Shown here in pieces: positions 51,747 through 61,900 of a stretch of 64,000 nt of DNA. Origin of the DNA: an uncultured delta proteobacterium (GTDB lineage Bacteria; Myxococcota; Myxococcia; Myxococcales; Myxococcaceae); contig CAVQKE010000003.1 in NCBI GenBank assembly GCA_963713045.1, positions 64,001 through 128,000 of the forward strand. The letters run 5' to 3'. Position 1 is the first letter of the stretch, and each line of letters starts with the position of its first letter. The position numbers and the translations under genes were made by a program. The notes beneath the pieces were generated by a model, which was not told where the DNA came from, made no database searches, and saw only the letters and a list, made by a program, of their open reading frames with translations.

Positions 51747-53213
51747 GTGCTCCATGCCCTTCAGAGCAACTGGCTCCTCGTCGGCTGCGCAGCGCTGGTG
51801 CTTCTTCTCGTCCTGTTTCACGCGCTGACCCCGGACCCCCTGTTCCGACGTGACGCCCGCGGCGCGGTCCGCTTGCTGGTGCTGGGGGTGGCGCTGCGCG
51901 GGCTTCACCTGGTGCTGGGCAACAACATCCACGGGGGGCTGGCCAAGGCACTGGAAGTGACGTGGATGGTTTTGGTGTCCTTCGGCGTCGTCCGCGCCGT
52001 GGTCTCGCTGTCGCTGTGGACGTTCCGCTCGCGTGAGCGGCCGGCGCCGAAAATCCTTCGGGATGTGCTGGACGCCACCCTCTACGTCCTGGTGGCGCTG
52101 TTCATCGTCAAGCAGGAATTCAACCTGGACCTCAGTAGCCTGGTCGCCGGCTCGGCCATTGCCTCGGTGGTCCTCGGCTTGGCGCTCCAGGACACCTTGG
52201 GAAATCTCTTCGCCGGCCTGTCCCTGCAGCTGGAACGTCCCTTCGAAGTGGGCGACTCGGTGGCCGTCGGCACGGAGAGCGGACGGGTGCTGCAGCTTGG
52301 CTGGCGCGCCACGCGCCTGGAGACGAAGCGCCGCGAAGTCATCACCCTGCCCAACAACCAGCTGGCCAAGCAGACGGTGAAGAATTTCTCGCGCGGCAAC
52401 GAGCCGGTGGGGGTGGACGTCTTCATCGGCGTCTCGTACGAGGCGCCGCCCAACCGGGTGAAAGAGGTGGTGGCGGAAACGCTGGCCGAGGTGCCACTGG
52501 TCTTGGCCTCCCCCGTCTACCGCACCCGCACCTGGGCCTTCGAAGAGATAAACATTAAGTACCGCATCCGCTTCTACGTCGCGGACTACGCCCGCGCCAA
52601 CCGGGTGCGCGACGAGGTGCTGACCCGGCTGTGGTACCGGCTCCGGCGCGAGGGGATTGAGATTCCGGCCGCGCCGCGCAGCATGTACCTGTTGCGGCCG
52701 CGAGCTTTCACTGGCGCGCCGGTGGAGGCCCGCCGTTCGCTGCTCGACGCGGTGGACATCTTTCGCGTCCTCAGTGACGAGGAACGCGACCTGCTGGCCG
52801 AGGCCATGGTGCAGCGCACCTTCGGGAGTGGCGAACGCATCCTCGAAGAGGGCGAGCCGGGAGAGACGTTTTACGTGGTGGCCTCCGGGACGGTGGCCGT
52901 CACCACCCGGCGGGGGGTGGAGGTGACGCGCTTGTCGCGCGGCCAGTACTTCGGGGAGATGTCGCTGCTCACCGGCGAACCGCGCTCGGCGACGGTGGTG
53001 GCGGTGGAGGATTCGGTCCTTTTCGAACTGAACCGGGCTGGGGTGGGAGAACTCTTCGTCGGGCACCCGGGCCTGGCCACGCAGCTGTCCACCGTCCTCG
53101 CCGAGCGGCGGTTGCAGCTGGAGGCAGTGGCCAACGCGGACATGCCGCCGTCGGACCATCCCGAGGCGAACCGCATTCTTGCCCGGCTGCGGCAGATTTT
53201 CGGACTCAAGTAA
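51747..53213 (+). CDS. MscS-family mechanosensitive channel with C-terminal cyclic-nucleotide-binding domain
   Basis: GLALQDTLGNLFAG, PFEVGD, IEIP, and cNMP domain GQYFGEMSLLTGEPRSATV. Confidence 0.92.
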   Translation: MLHALQSNWLLVGCAALVLLLVLFHALTPDPLFRRDARGAVRLLVLGVALRGLHLVLGNNIHGGLAKALEVTWMVLVSFGVVRAVVSLSLWTFRSRERPAPKILRDVLDATLYVLVALFIVKQEFNLDLSSLVAGSAIASVVLGLALQDTLGNLFAGLSLQLERPFEVGDSVAVGTESGRVLQLGWRATRLETKRREVITLPNNQLAKQTVKNFSRGNEPVGVDVFIGVSYEAPPNRVKEVVAETLAEVPLVLASPVYRTRTWAFEEINIKYRIRFYVADYARANRVRDEVLTRLWYRLRREGIEIPAAPRSMYLLRPRAFTGAPVEARRSLLDAVDIFRVLSDEERDLLAEAMVQRTFGSGERILEEGEPGETFYVVASGTVAVTTRRGVEVTRLSRGQYFGEMSLLTGEPRSATVVAVEDSVLFELNRAGVGELFVGHPGLATQLSTVLAERRLQLEAVANADMPPSDHPEANRILARLRQIFGLK

Positions 53214-53497
53214 TGGAAGCCGTGGCTCTCGCCCGCCTTCACGTAACAGAGCGAGCCCTAGCCCACCGGGCGGCTGACGTCGCCCACCCGCAGCTGGCCT
53301 TCGCCCGACAGGACGAAGTACAGCTCGTCCTCGTTGTGCGGCGTCTGCTTCTCTACGCTGCCAATGCCCAGGACGTAGACCCCGGCACTGAGAGCTGGAG
53401 CGCGGAGGAATTCGAGGAACGGCGTCCCGCTGGCGGCCCGCAGGGCGAGCAGCACGTCGAGCTCGAAGACTTGACTCCCCTGTTTCGAGCGCGCCAT
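53212..53497 (-). pseudogene. Cupin-domain gene interrupted by an in-frame TAG and truncated
   Basis: Motif 1 QTPHNEDELYFVLSGEG, TAG at 53258-53260, then in-frame motif 2 GSLCYVKAGESHGFH running into the mscS 3' end. Confidence 0.6.
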
Positions 53498-54430
53498 TCA
53501 GCTGCGTCCGGCTCTCCGGACGGACGGGGCCAAGCGCACCCCCACCCGGCAGACACTGCGCAACTGGCAGCCTGCGCAAGCCTGGGCGCGGGCTTTTGCC
53601 GAGCACACGCCGCTCATGCCGTGGTGGCACAAGGGAAAGTCGAAACGCACCGGGTCGACGGCGTCGATGCGCCGCAGGTTGCTGGTAATTTCCAGGGCGG
53701 TGCGCCAACTCAAATCTCTGCGCCGCGTGAGGCCGAGGCGCCTGGAGATGCGGCCAATGTGGACGTCCAGCGGAATGACGAGGGCCGAGGCAGCAATGCC
53801 CTTCCACAGGCCGAGGTCCACCTCGTCCGGGCCGCGCACCATCCATCGCAGAAACATGTTGAGGCGCTTGGCGGCGCCGGGCCCAAGTGGCTCCGGAAGC
53901 AGGTGCTGAAGCCCGCGTGCCGGGCCGAGGGCGGCCACCAGCGGCGCGAGCGGCACGTCCCTCAGCGCCCGGACGAAGTGCGCCAGTGCAGCGTGCAGGC
54001 TTTCGCCACCGGCCAGCGGCTCGGCCACCAGCGCCTCGAGCGAGCCATGGGTGCGGAGGAGTCGCCCCGCGCCGAGCAGCAACACGGCGACGTCGGTGCC
54101 GAGGTTGAAGCGGTAGACAAAGCCGTGCAGCAGCGCCTGGGCACCGGGGATGTCCAGGTTCCGCACGAAGGCACCGGGGTGCGGCCCCATGGCGGAAAGC
54201 AGCCGTTCCACTTTGGGAACGAAGCCCTCCGCACGGCCGTAGGCGAGGGAGGCGGCGAGGAGGCCCGCCACCTCCGCGTCCTCCCGCAGCGGATAGCGCC
54301 GGGGGAATTGCACCGGGTCGAAGCCGATGCGCAGCCGGTTGGGGGCGGCGGCAGCGAAGCGCTCAAGCCGCGGGCGGAGCCGCTCCGCTCGGGACTCCGA
54401 CAGACGCAGAGCGCACGGCCGGCTGCTCAA
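53498..54430 (-). CDS. TIGR02757/DUF2400-family protein (HhH-GPD-like)
   Basis: DPVQFPRRY, LAYGR, KRLNMFLRWMVR, IPLDVH, DPVRFDF and a C-terminal Cys cluster. Confidence 0.88.
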   Translation of the reverse strand: MSSRPCALRLSESRAERLRPRLERFAAAAPNRLRIGFDPVQFPRRYPLREDAEVAGLLAASLAYGRAEGFVPKVERLLSAMGPHPGAFVRNLDIPGAQALLHGFVYRFNLGTDVAVLLLGAGRLLRTHGSLEALVAEPLAGGESLHAALAHFVRALRDVPLAPLVAALGPARGLQHLLPEPLGPGAAKRLNMFLRWMVRGPDEVDLGLWKGIAASALVIPLDVHIGRISRRLGLTRRRDLSWRTALEITSNLRRIDAVDPVRFDFPLCHHGMSGVCSAKARAQACAGCQLRSVCRVGVRLAPSVRRAGRS

Positions 54431-54440
54431 GAGAGCTCCT

Positions 54441-55007
54441 CTAACGACTCAATTCTCGAACGGCGTGGCCGAGTTCTGGGAGGATAAGCCGCTCCAACGC
54501 CAGCTGCGCCGCGTTGGGGCTCCCCGGCAACAGGAAGACTAGCAGCTCTCCATAGGTGCCAGCCAGCGCCCGCGACAGCCAAGCGGCGCTGCCAATCTGC
54601 TGGTAACTCAACATCCGAAACAGCTCTCCAAAGCCCGGCAACTCGCGGTCCAAAAGTGGACCCAGGGTGTCCACCGTTTGGTCGCGGCGGGTGAGGCCCG
54701 TCCCTCCAGTGAAGAGCACGGCTCGGGCCCCGGCCAGCTGCGCCGCTTGGAGGGCGCCGCGGATGGCGTCCGCCTCGTCTTGCACAATCACCTGGCCTAC
54801 CACCGGGTGTCCGGCGCGCTCCAAGCCCTCACGCAGCACCCGACCACTGGTGTCATCTGCGCGGGCTCGCGAGTCCGAGCAGGTGACGATGTAGCAACCA
54901 ACCTGCGACGGCGAATGCGCGCGGTGCTCGGCCACTGCTGTGCTTGGGCCCGTCACTCCCGGCGGCCGCTCGGTCGGCCCCCCTTGCTCGTGGTCCTCGT
55001 GTCCCAT
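54441..55007 (-). CDS. moaB: Molybdenum cofactor biosynthesis protein MoaB/MogA
   Basis: TCSDSR, DTSG, TGGTGLTRRD, PGFGELFR, SRA and LPGS. Confidence 0.88.
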   Translation of the reverse strand: MGHEDHEQGGPTERPPGVTGPSTAVAEHRAHSPSQVGCYIVTCSDSRARADDTSGRVLREGLERAGHPVVGQVIVQDEADAIRGALQAAQLAGARAVLFTGGTGLTRRDQTVDTLGPLLDRELPGFGELFRMLSYQQIGSAAWLSRALAGTYGELLVFLLPGSPNAAQLALERLILPELGHAVRELSR

Positions 55008-55021
55008 CGCGTTTAGCCTTG

Positions 55022-55336
55022 TCACCTTGGGTTGTTGACGTTGAGCACCAACTGGCCGTCTTCCTCGGTGACGTCGAAGACGGGCTGGTCATCACAGACG
55101 CCGGGGCTGGTGAGGTTTTTGCCGCTGTCCATGTCGAAGCCCACCTCATGACAGGGACACACCACCATGTTGCCTTCCAGGCGCCCTCCGCTGAGGAGGC
55201 AGCCGGCGTGGTTGCACCAGTCGTCCAACGCTTTCAGCCGCCCGTGAATCCGGGCCACGCACACGTTGAGTTTGCCGACTTCGAAGGGCCGAAGCTCGCC
55301 CTCCTTGACATCCGCCGCTCCCAGAACGATGCGCAT
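55022..55336 (-). CDS. Rieske [2Fe-2S] ferredoxin
   Basis: CNH and CPCH ligand motifs. Confidence 0.9.
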   Translation of the reverse strand: MRIVLGAADVKEGELRPFEVGKLNVCVARIHGRLKALDDWCNHAGCLLSGGRLEGNMVVCPCHEVGFDMDSGKNLTSPGVCDDQPVFDVTEEDGQLVLNVNNPR

Positions 55337-55376
55337 TGTGAGGGAGCCACCATAATCTCGGGTGGCCACCTTGCGC

Positions 55377-57134
55377 ATGCCCACCGACGTCTTCGACGCT
55401 GCCTTCATCGCCCGCGCTCTACGCGACATTGCCCTCTACCTGGAGTTGAAGGGCGAAAACGCTTTCAAAGTACGCGCCTACAACCTGGCGGCGGACCGCG
55501 TGCTGGCGGTGGGTGAGCGGTTGGCCGAGGTGGTGCGCGCCGGGGGGCTGGCCGAGCTGCCCAACATCGGTCCTGCCCTGGCGGAACGGATTCTCTCGCT
55601 GTATGCCAAAGGCACGCTGCCGCTGCTGGAGGAGCTCCGGGCGGCCTACCCGCCGGGCATTCTGGAGCTGCTGCAGCTGCCGGACCTGGGGCCACGAAAG
55701 GTGGCCAGCCTTTGGAAGGCCCTCGGGGTGGGCAGCGTCGCCGGACTGGAAGAGGCGCTGCGACAGGGCCGCGTCCATAGCCTGAAGGGCTTCGGTGAGA
55801 AGAGTGAAGCGAAGCTGTTGGCCAGCCTCGAGCAGTACCGCACCAGCCACACCCGGCGGCGGCTGGGGGACGTGCTGCCGGTGGCCATCGCCCTCAGGGA
55901 GGAGCTGCGCTTGGTGAAGGGCGTGGTGCGGATGGAAGTCGCCGGCAGCGTGCGGCGCTTCTGCGAGATGGTGTCCGACGTGGACCTCATCGCCTCGGCG
56001 GCCGAGGCGGCTCCGGTGCTGGAGGCACTCGCGCGCCGGCCGGGCGTGGCAGCAGTGCTGGCCCAGGGCGACAGCAAGTGCAGCGTCCGGCTGGAAGACG
56101 GGCTGCAAGTGGACTTGCGCGTCCTGCCCGACGAAGACTTCGCCACCGCGCTGCACCACTTCACCGGAAGCAAAGCCCACCACGTGCGCCTCCGCGGCCG
56201 CGCTCGAGAGCTCGGGCTGACCATCAGCGAGTGGGGCGTCTTCCGTGGAGAGGAGAAGCTCGCCGTCCCGGACGAGTGGACGCTGTACCGGCTGCTTGGC
56301 ATGGCCGACGTGCCGCCGGAGCTGCGCGAGGACTGGGGCGAAGTCGAGGCCGCGCTGGCCGGCACCTTGCCCACCGACCTGGTGGAGCCGGGAGACATTC
56401 TTGGGGCGGTCCACGCCCACACCACTTGGAGCGACGGCCGAGCTTCGATGTTGGAGATGGCGCGCGCCGCGGCGGCCCGTGGGTTGGAATACCTCACCGT
56501 CACCGACCACAGCGGTGCGGCCGGCTACGCCTCCGGGCTGTCGGCGGAGCGACTGCGCCAGCAATGGAGTGAAGTCGAAGCGGTGCAGGCCAAGGTGCCC
56601 GAGGTGCGCCTGTTGCGCGGGCTTGAAGTCGACATCCTTCAAGACGGCGCGCTGGACTTGCCAGACGCCCTGCTCGCCGAGCTGGACGTCGTCATCGCCT
56701 CGGTGCACGTCCGCCACGGCCAGGACGGCGCGGCCATGACGGCCAGGGTGCTGCGCGCGCTGGACCATCCCTGCACCGACATCCTCGGCCACCCCACCGG
56801 GCGACTGCTGCAGCGCCGCGAGCCATCTCCCCTCGACATGCCAGACGTCTTCGCCCGGGCAGCCGAGCGCGGCGTCACGCTGGAAGTCAACGGGAACCCG
56901 GACCGGCTGGATTTGAAGGCCGAGCACGTGCGGGCTGCCCTGGCGGCGGGCTGCCGGCTGGTGGCTTCGGTGGATGCCCATGACACGGCGTCGCTGGCCA
57001 ACGTTGACTTTTCCGCACGCACCGCCCGCAAAGGGGGTGCGCGCCGTGGCGACGTGCTGAATACGTTGGGCGCCGAAGACTTCCTTCGGGCGCTGCGTCA
57101 GCGCCATCCGCGGCCGCCGCGCCGGCGCGCCTAG
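55377..57134 (+). CDS. polX: DNA polymerase X family with PHP domain
   Basis: GENAFKVRAY, AGSVRR, DVD, VDLR, HFTGSKAH, and PHP motifs HAHT, TDH, HPTGR and DAH. Confidence 0.93.
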   Translation: MPTDVFDAAFIARALRDIALYLELKGENAFKVRAYNLAADRVLAVGERLAEVVRAGGLAELPNIGPALAERILSLYAKGTLPLLEELRAAYPPGILELLQLPDLGPRKVASLWKALGVGSVAGLEEALRQGRVHSLKGFGEKSEAKLLASLEQYRTSHTRRRLGDVLPVAIALREELRLVKGVVRMEVAGSVRRFCEMVSDVDLIASAAEAAPVLEALARRPGVAAVLAQGDSKCSVRLEDGLQVDLRVLPDEDFATALHHFTGSKAHHVRLRGRARELGLTISEWGVFRGEEKLAVPDEWTLYRLLGMADVPPELREDWGEVEAALAGTLPTDLVEPGDILGAVHAHTTWSDGRASMLEMARAAAARGLEYLTVTDHSGAAGYASGLSAERLRQQWSEVEAVQAKVPEVRLLRGLEVDILQDGALDLPDALLAELDVVIASVHVRHGQDGAAMTARVLRALDHPCTDILGHPTGRLLQRREPSPLDMPDVFARAAERGVTLEVNGNPDRLDLKAEHVRAALAAGCRLVASVDAHDTASLANVDFSARTARKGGARRGDVLNTLGAEDFLRALRQRHPRPPRRRA

Positions 57135-57235
57135 CACCCACACCGGGCGCCCCACCCCAGGACGCTTCCGCCGGGGTGAGAGAGCGTGGGAGACTCCTCC
57201 CCAGCGGCCGCGCCGTCTTCGGCCCGGCTCGAGCA

Positions 57236-59107
57236 ATGTCCACGCCCACGCCCGCTGCCGCCGCCGAGGACCCACTGTTGGGGACAACGCTGGGAAGCTT
57301 CCGACTGGTGAAGCGCATTGGCCAGGGAGGCATGGGCACCGTCTACCTGGCCGAGCAAACCCTCATCGGCAGCAGGGTGGCGGTGAAGGTGCTTCACGAG
57401 CACCTGGCGGGGGACCCGTCCCTGGTGGCGCGCTTCTACGCCGAGGCGCGAGCCGTCAACCTCATCGTCCATCCCAACATCGTCAATATTTTCGACATGA
57501 ATGTGGTGCCCCCGCGCCGCTTCTACCTGGTCATGGAGTACCTCGAGGGGGAGTCGCTGGCCACCGCGGCGCCGGGGCGAATGGGCGCAGCGGAGGCACT
57601 CCCGCTGCTGATTCAGGTGTGCCAGGCCCTTGCGGCGGCCCACCGCAACGGCGTGCTGCACCGGGACTTGAAGCCGGAAAACGTCTTCCTCTGCCGCCGT
57701 GAGGGCGCAGTCCCCTTCGTGAAAATTCTCGACTTCGGCATCGCCAAGCTTTTCGGCGGAGACACCCAGCAGGGACAGACAACCGCCGGCTTCATCGTCG
57801 GCACTCCGGAATACATGGCCCCCGAGCAGGCCACCGGTGGGGCCCTGGACGGCCGAGCGGACCTGTACGCCCTGGGCGTCATTGCCTACCGGCTGGCGAC
57901 CGGTCGACTGCCGTTTGTGGGCGGAGGCATTACCGGGGTGCTGCTGGCCCACCGCGACCAGCCGCCCGCGCCCCCAGAGCAGCTGGTGGCCGGCCTGTCG
58001 CCTTTGTGGTGCAGCGCCATTCTCCGCGCTCTGGCCAAACGTCCCGAGCACCGCTTCCAGAGTGCCGAGGAATTCCGCGCCGCGCTGGAGGCGGCGCTGG
58101 CCGCGCTGGGCAATCCCGCGGGGCCACCCGCACGCCAGCCGGTACCGACGCCGGCAGCCGTGCCAGCTGCGCCCGCGGTGCCGACGGCCGCGCCCACCGC
58201 CCCAGCGGCGGCCGCGGCCACGCCGGCCACCTTCGCCGGTACGGTGGTCTTTACCGGCAGCCCGCCGCGCGCCGCCACGCTGCGCGACCTGTCGCGCGGC
58301 GGCCTCTTCCTCTGCCTGGATGGCGCCTTGCCCGCCCCCTACACCCGGCTGCGGCTGTCCCTGCAGGCGCCGGCCGGGGAAATGGTGGACGCCGAAGTGG
58401 TGCGTCAGGTGACGGCAGAACAAGCCGGCGCCTGGGGCATGCAGCCCGGCGTGGCGGTGCAATTCATCTCTCCCAGCCGTGCCTTCAAGGAAGCGCTGAC
58501 GCGGAGAATGGAAGGGCGCTCGGCGAGTGCGACGACGGCCGAGATGCCACGCGTCGAGCGTCTGGACACGCTGTGCGAGAGGGCGCTGGCCGGCTGGCGG
58601 GGAAAGCTGGAGAAAAGTCCCTACGCCCTGTTGGGCTGCTCGCAGGAGGCGGACTTTCCGGACATTCGCACGCGCCTCCGGGGCGCCCGTGCGGAGTTGG
58701 AGGCGCTGCGCGAGCGCGACCTCGCCCCCTCCCAGCGGCGCGAGCTGGAGCGCGTGCTGGCCAGGCTGCTGGAGGCAGGCGAGGCCATCGCCACCCCAGC
58801 GAAGCGGGCCGACACCGATGCCGAACTCGGCAACTGGCGGGGGGTGGCGCGCTGCATTGCCGCCGGGCTGACGGTGACCGAGCTGGAAGGCCGCCGGGAA
58901 CGCTACCTCCAAGGCCACCCGGGGGCAGATGCACGTGCCCATGTACACCGCGTGGCGGGCAAGGCCTGGGAGGGAAAGAGCGGGGTGATGCAGGCCGTGG
59001 AAGAATATGAACGGGGGCTCCAGCTGGACCCCCTCAACCTGGCCCTGCACCAGGCCTACTGGGCATTGAAGCGCCGCTCGCCGACTCCGGAAGGAACCCG
59101 GGCTTGA
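57236..59107 (+). CDS. Ser/Thr protein kinase with PilZ-like, J-like and TPR-like C-terminal domains
   Basis: [21 protein letters not shown] and GTPEYMAPE, followed by [15 protein letters not shown] and GLQLDPLN. Confidence 0.92.
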   Translation: MSTPTPAAAAEDPLLGTTLGSFRLVKRIGQGGMGTVYLAEQTLIGSRVAVKVLHEHLAGDPSLVARFYAEARAVNLIVHPNIVNIFDMNVVPPRRFYLVMEYLEGESLATAAPGRMGAAEALPLLIQVCQALAAAHRNGVLHRDLKPENVFLCRREGAVPFVKILDFGIAKLFGGDTQQGQTTAGFIVGTPEYMAPEQATGGALDGRADLYALGVIAYRLATGRLPFVGGGITGVLLAHRDQPPAPPEQLVAGLSPLWCSAILRALAKRPEHRFQSAEEFRAALEAALAALGNPAGPPARQPVPTPAAVPAAPAVPTAAPTAPAAAAATPATFAGTVVFTGSPPRAATLRDLSRGGLFLCLDGALPAPYTRLRLSLQAPAGEMVDAEVVRQVTAEQAGAWGMQPGVAVQFISPSRAFKEALTRRMEGRSASATTAEMPRVERLDTLCERALAGWRGKLEKSPYALLGCSQEADFPDIRTRLRGARAELEALRERDLAPSQRRELERVLARLLEAGEAIATPAKRADTDAELGNWRGVARCIAAGLTVTELEGRRERYLQGHPGADARAHVHRVAGKAWEGKSGVMQAVEEYERGLQLDPLNLALHQAYWALKRRSPTPEGTRA

Positions 59108-59601
59108 AGAGTTTCCTCCTCTCGACATTGTTGCCGGAGCTGGACCTCCGCGACGCCGGGGCCTTCGCCCGCGCCTACCCGCACCCCTGGCTGCTTCGAG
59201 AGTCTAGCCCGAGGCAGCCGGTGCACAGCACGGGCGCGACGCTTCTCATGCCGACGCCGGCCACGCTGGCCCGCCAGGGGCTGGCGCTGGCCATTGCGCT
59301 GGAACCCGCCCGGGCCGGTGCCACCCAGGTGACGTTGGGGCGCGGACACGCCTGCGACGTGGAGTTGGAGGACGGGACGCTGAGCCAGCTGCACTGCGTT
59401 TTCCTGCACGGCCCGGACGGCTGGCAGGTGGAGGATGTCGGTTCCACCAACGGCACCTGGGTGGACGGCACCCGGCTGGCCCGCGGCAAAACCATGCCCC
59501 TGGTCGATGGCACGCGCATCCAGGCCGCCCAGGTGATGCTCACCTTCCACCATTCGAGCGGCCTGTGGCGCAGGCTGGAGGCCGAGGCGCTGCGTCCCTA
59601 G
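59104..59601 (+). CDS. FHA domain protein
   Basis: TLGR...CDV, SQLH and DVGSTNGTWV. Overlaps the kinase stop codon. Confidence 0.9.
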   Translation: MKSFLLSTLLPELDLRDAGAFARAYPHPWLLRESSPRQPVHSTGATLLMPTPATLARQGLALAIALEPARAGATQVTLGRGHACDVELEDGTLSQLHCVFLHGPDGWQVEDVGSTNGTWVDGTRLARGKTMPLVDGTRIQAAQVMLTFHHSSGLWRRLEAEALRP

Positions 59602-59626
59602 CCCCGGGGCCCCCACCCCAACCCCC

Positions 59627-60214
59627 ATGCCCGCGCTGCTTGCGCTCGCATTCCTTCTTGCCGCGCCGGCCCCTGCCCGGCCCACCGCCGCTGCCCTGCA
59701 GCGTGCGCTGGAGGCTGCGCAGCGCGCGCTGGTGGAAGTGCATGGACGGCGCCCGGGCGGCGCCGGCGTCCTGGTCGGCGCCCAGGGCCAGGTCCTGACT
59801 GCGCTGCGCTTCGTCGACGCCGAATGGGCCAACGTCCGGCTGGGCACCACCGTGCTGGGCGCTCGGCTTCTCCTCGCCAGCCCCACCCTCCGGGTGGCCG
59901 TCCTGCACATGGTGGGCCCGGGCCCCTACCCGGCCATCCCGGTGCGCTTGGACGCGCCGGGCGTCGGGGAATGGGTGGTGGGCATTGTGCTGTTGCCGGA
60001 CGGGACGGCCGAGCCCCGTCTGGGGCGGTTGTTGCGCGTCCCGGGCGAGGAGGGGCCGTGGCTGGAAGTCGCGGTGCGCCTGCCGGCGGGCAGCCTCCTC
60101 CTCGACGGCACGGGAAAGCTGTTGGGCGTGGTGGTGGAGCGCCGGACGGCCAGCGCCCTGGTGGCGCCGCTGGCCGCCATCCGGGCTGAACTGGAAAGCA
60201 CCTCCCAACGGTGA
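59627..60214 (+). CDS. Exported trypsin-like-fold protein, catalytic triad apparently absent
   Basis: GAGVLV...GQVLTA and GSLLLDGTGKLLGVV mimic the HtrA fold, but His, Asp and GxSG are not seen. Confidence 0.65.
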   Translation: MPALLALAFLLAAPAPARPTAAALQRALEAAQRALVEVHGRRPGGAGVLVGAQGQVLTALRFVDAEWANVRLGTTVLGARLLLASPTLRVAVLHMVGPGPYPAIPVRLDAPGVGEWVVGIVLLPDGTAEPRLGRLLRVPGEEGPWLEVAVRLPAGSLLLDGTGKLLGVVVERRTASALVAPLAAIRAELESTSQR

Positions 60215-60933
60215 GGCGCCTTCTGGACAGTGCGCCGCTGCGGGAGGCCCTGCTGTTGTGGGCCCTCAGCTTCCTCGCCATCCTGTTGGCGCAGGCCACC
60301 GCGGCCTCGCTGGCCAAGCCGGTGGCGACGGTCGCATTCCTGTACCTGCCCCTGTGGGCCATGCGCCGACGGGGCGAGGACTACCAGGACTATGGCGTCA
60401 GCTTCCGCGCCTGGCGGGAGGACTTGCGGCTGGTGGTGGTGGTGTGCCTGGTGGTGCTTCCGCTGTTTACCGCCGGCTTCTGGCTCGCCACCGGGCTGCG
60501 CCCGCAGCTGCCGAGTTGGGCCCAGCCGGTGCTGGCGCCCTTGGCGGGCCACGCCCAGACGTTTCATGCCCGGCTGCCCAGCGGTTTTCTGCTGTGGGTG
60601 GTGGACCAGCTTTTCGTGGTGGCCTTGCCGGAGGAATTCTTCTTCCGCGGCTACCTGCAAGCCCGCCTACAGCTGGTGTGGCCGGGTGGTGCGCGGGTGC
60701 TGGGGGCGACGCTGGGGCCGGCCTTCCTCCTCACCGCGGTGTTTTTCGCGGTGGGCCACCTGGCCGTCTTCCACGCTTGGCGGCTGGCGGTCTTCTTCCC
60801 TGCCCTCCTGTTTGGCTACATGCGCGCGCGGACCGGGACGGTGCTGGGAAGTACCCTGGTGCATGCCATTTTCAACCTCTACTCCCTCTTCCTGGATGCC
60901 TCCTTCGCGCCCCTTTGGCAGAAGCAGCACTAG
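60211..60933 (+). CDS. mrtX: CPBP-family glutamic intramembrane protease, myxosortase-like
   Basis: EEFFFRGYLQ, FAVGH and HAIFN motifs. The pairing with a trypsin-like gene matches my recollection of the Myxococcus MXAN_2755/2756 locus, so the symbol is tentative. Confidence 0.7.
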   Translation: MRRLLDSAPLREALLLWALSFLAILLAQATAASLAKPVATVAFLYLPLWAMRRRGEDYQDYGVSFRAWREDLRLVVVVCLVVLPLFTAGFWLATGLRPQLPSWAQPVLAPLAGHAQTFHARLPSGFLLWVVDQLFVVALPEEFFFRGYLQARLQLVWPGGARVLGATLGPAFLLTAVFFAVGHLAVFHAWRLAVFFPALLFGYMRARTGTVLGSTLVHAIFNLYSLFLDASFAPLWQKQH

Positions 60934-60947
60934 GGACACCAGGCCGG

Positions 60948-61773
60948 CTACAGCACCTCGGGCTGCAGGCTGGGCCCCACGGCCAGGGCGTGTCCGTCTG
61001 GCAGCTCCAGCCAGTGGGCGCCGGGCTCGCGCGCCGTCGCCACCACCACCGCCCGCGACTGCTGGTGTGCACGCACGGCTGCCTCCCGTCCCTTGGTGCT
61101 TGGCCCCAGCTGGCAGCGGCTGCACTCCGGACTGCCTTCCAGGAGGCGGAAGTAGACGGGCACCCCGCCCAGGCGCGCGGCCACCAGGCAGCGCGCGTCG
61201 GTGGCCACAAGCAGCAGCCGGGCGGCATGGGCCGCCCCTTCGGCGGCGGCCCGCTGCGCCAATGCCCGGGCGACTTGCAGCAAAAGGCGCGCGGCGTCCG
61301 GGGCGGACGATTCGGCTTCGGCGCGCTCCAGCGCCCGGCGTCCCTTCAGGAAGAGGGCAAACGCCGCCGCGGCCACGGTCCGGGCGCCCATTTGCGTCAA
61401 CAGGTAGGGGGAAGCTCGGCCTCCACCCAGGCCTGCACCTTCGGCCAGGCTTCCAGCTGCCCGTCTTGGGCAAACATCCACCCCAGAAAGCGCAAAGGTT
61501 GCCCGGTGTCCTCGGCCGAAGCGCTGGGGGAAAGCAGCTCCGCCCGGTAGAGGAGGGCTGCGGCTGGGTCGGCAAACGCCGCGTCGGCCAGCGTCTGCGG
61601 GGCATCGGCGGCAGCGTACCGGCGCAGCAGCAACTCCTCCTCGACGGCCGAGCCAACCCCGACGGTGGAGTGCCGGACAGCGTCCAGGCGCAGGTGCACT
61701 TGGGGGAAAGCCGGACCAGCTGGCAGGGCAGCAAACTGGGGTGAGACGTTAGGACAGCGACGGTGACGGCCAT
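60948..61773 (-). CDS. Class II glutamine-amidotransferase-like (Ntn-fold) protein; two frameshifts
   Basis: Joins MAVTVAVLTSHPSLLPCQL, STVGVG..EEELLLRR, QPLRFLGWMFAQDG and VVVATARE..HWLELPDG. The shifts lie at G5 runs near 61410 and 61705. Confidence 0.65.
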
Positions 61774-61801
61774 GGCAGACTGCTGACCTCCAAGGACACC
61801 G

Positions 61802-61807
61802 TATAAT
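61802..61807 (+). promoter_or_regulatory. Possible -10 box upstream of the Hsp70 gene
   Basis: Perfect TATAAT in GC-rich intergenic DNA about 95 nt before the ATG. No convincing -35. Confidence 0.3.
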
Positions 61808-61900
61808 GCCGGTCGGACGCCCCCTCAACGGCCCCTCCGGTGGGGCAACACCAGGGCGTCACCTGCCTTTCACACTTCGGAGAATTGGCCAGAAGCCCTC

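Noticed and set aside
53258..53260. Pyrrolysine or stop-codon recoding in the cupin
   Set aside because: No pyl genes are in the window, TAG is a normal stop for neighbouring genes, and the cupin is also truncated.
58120..58240. Tandem-repeat-like GC-rich stretches (also 63540-63900 and 33960-34390)
   Set aside because: These are low-complexity Pro/Ala or Gly/Asn protein linkers, not DNA repeat arrays or CRISPR.
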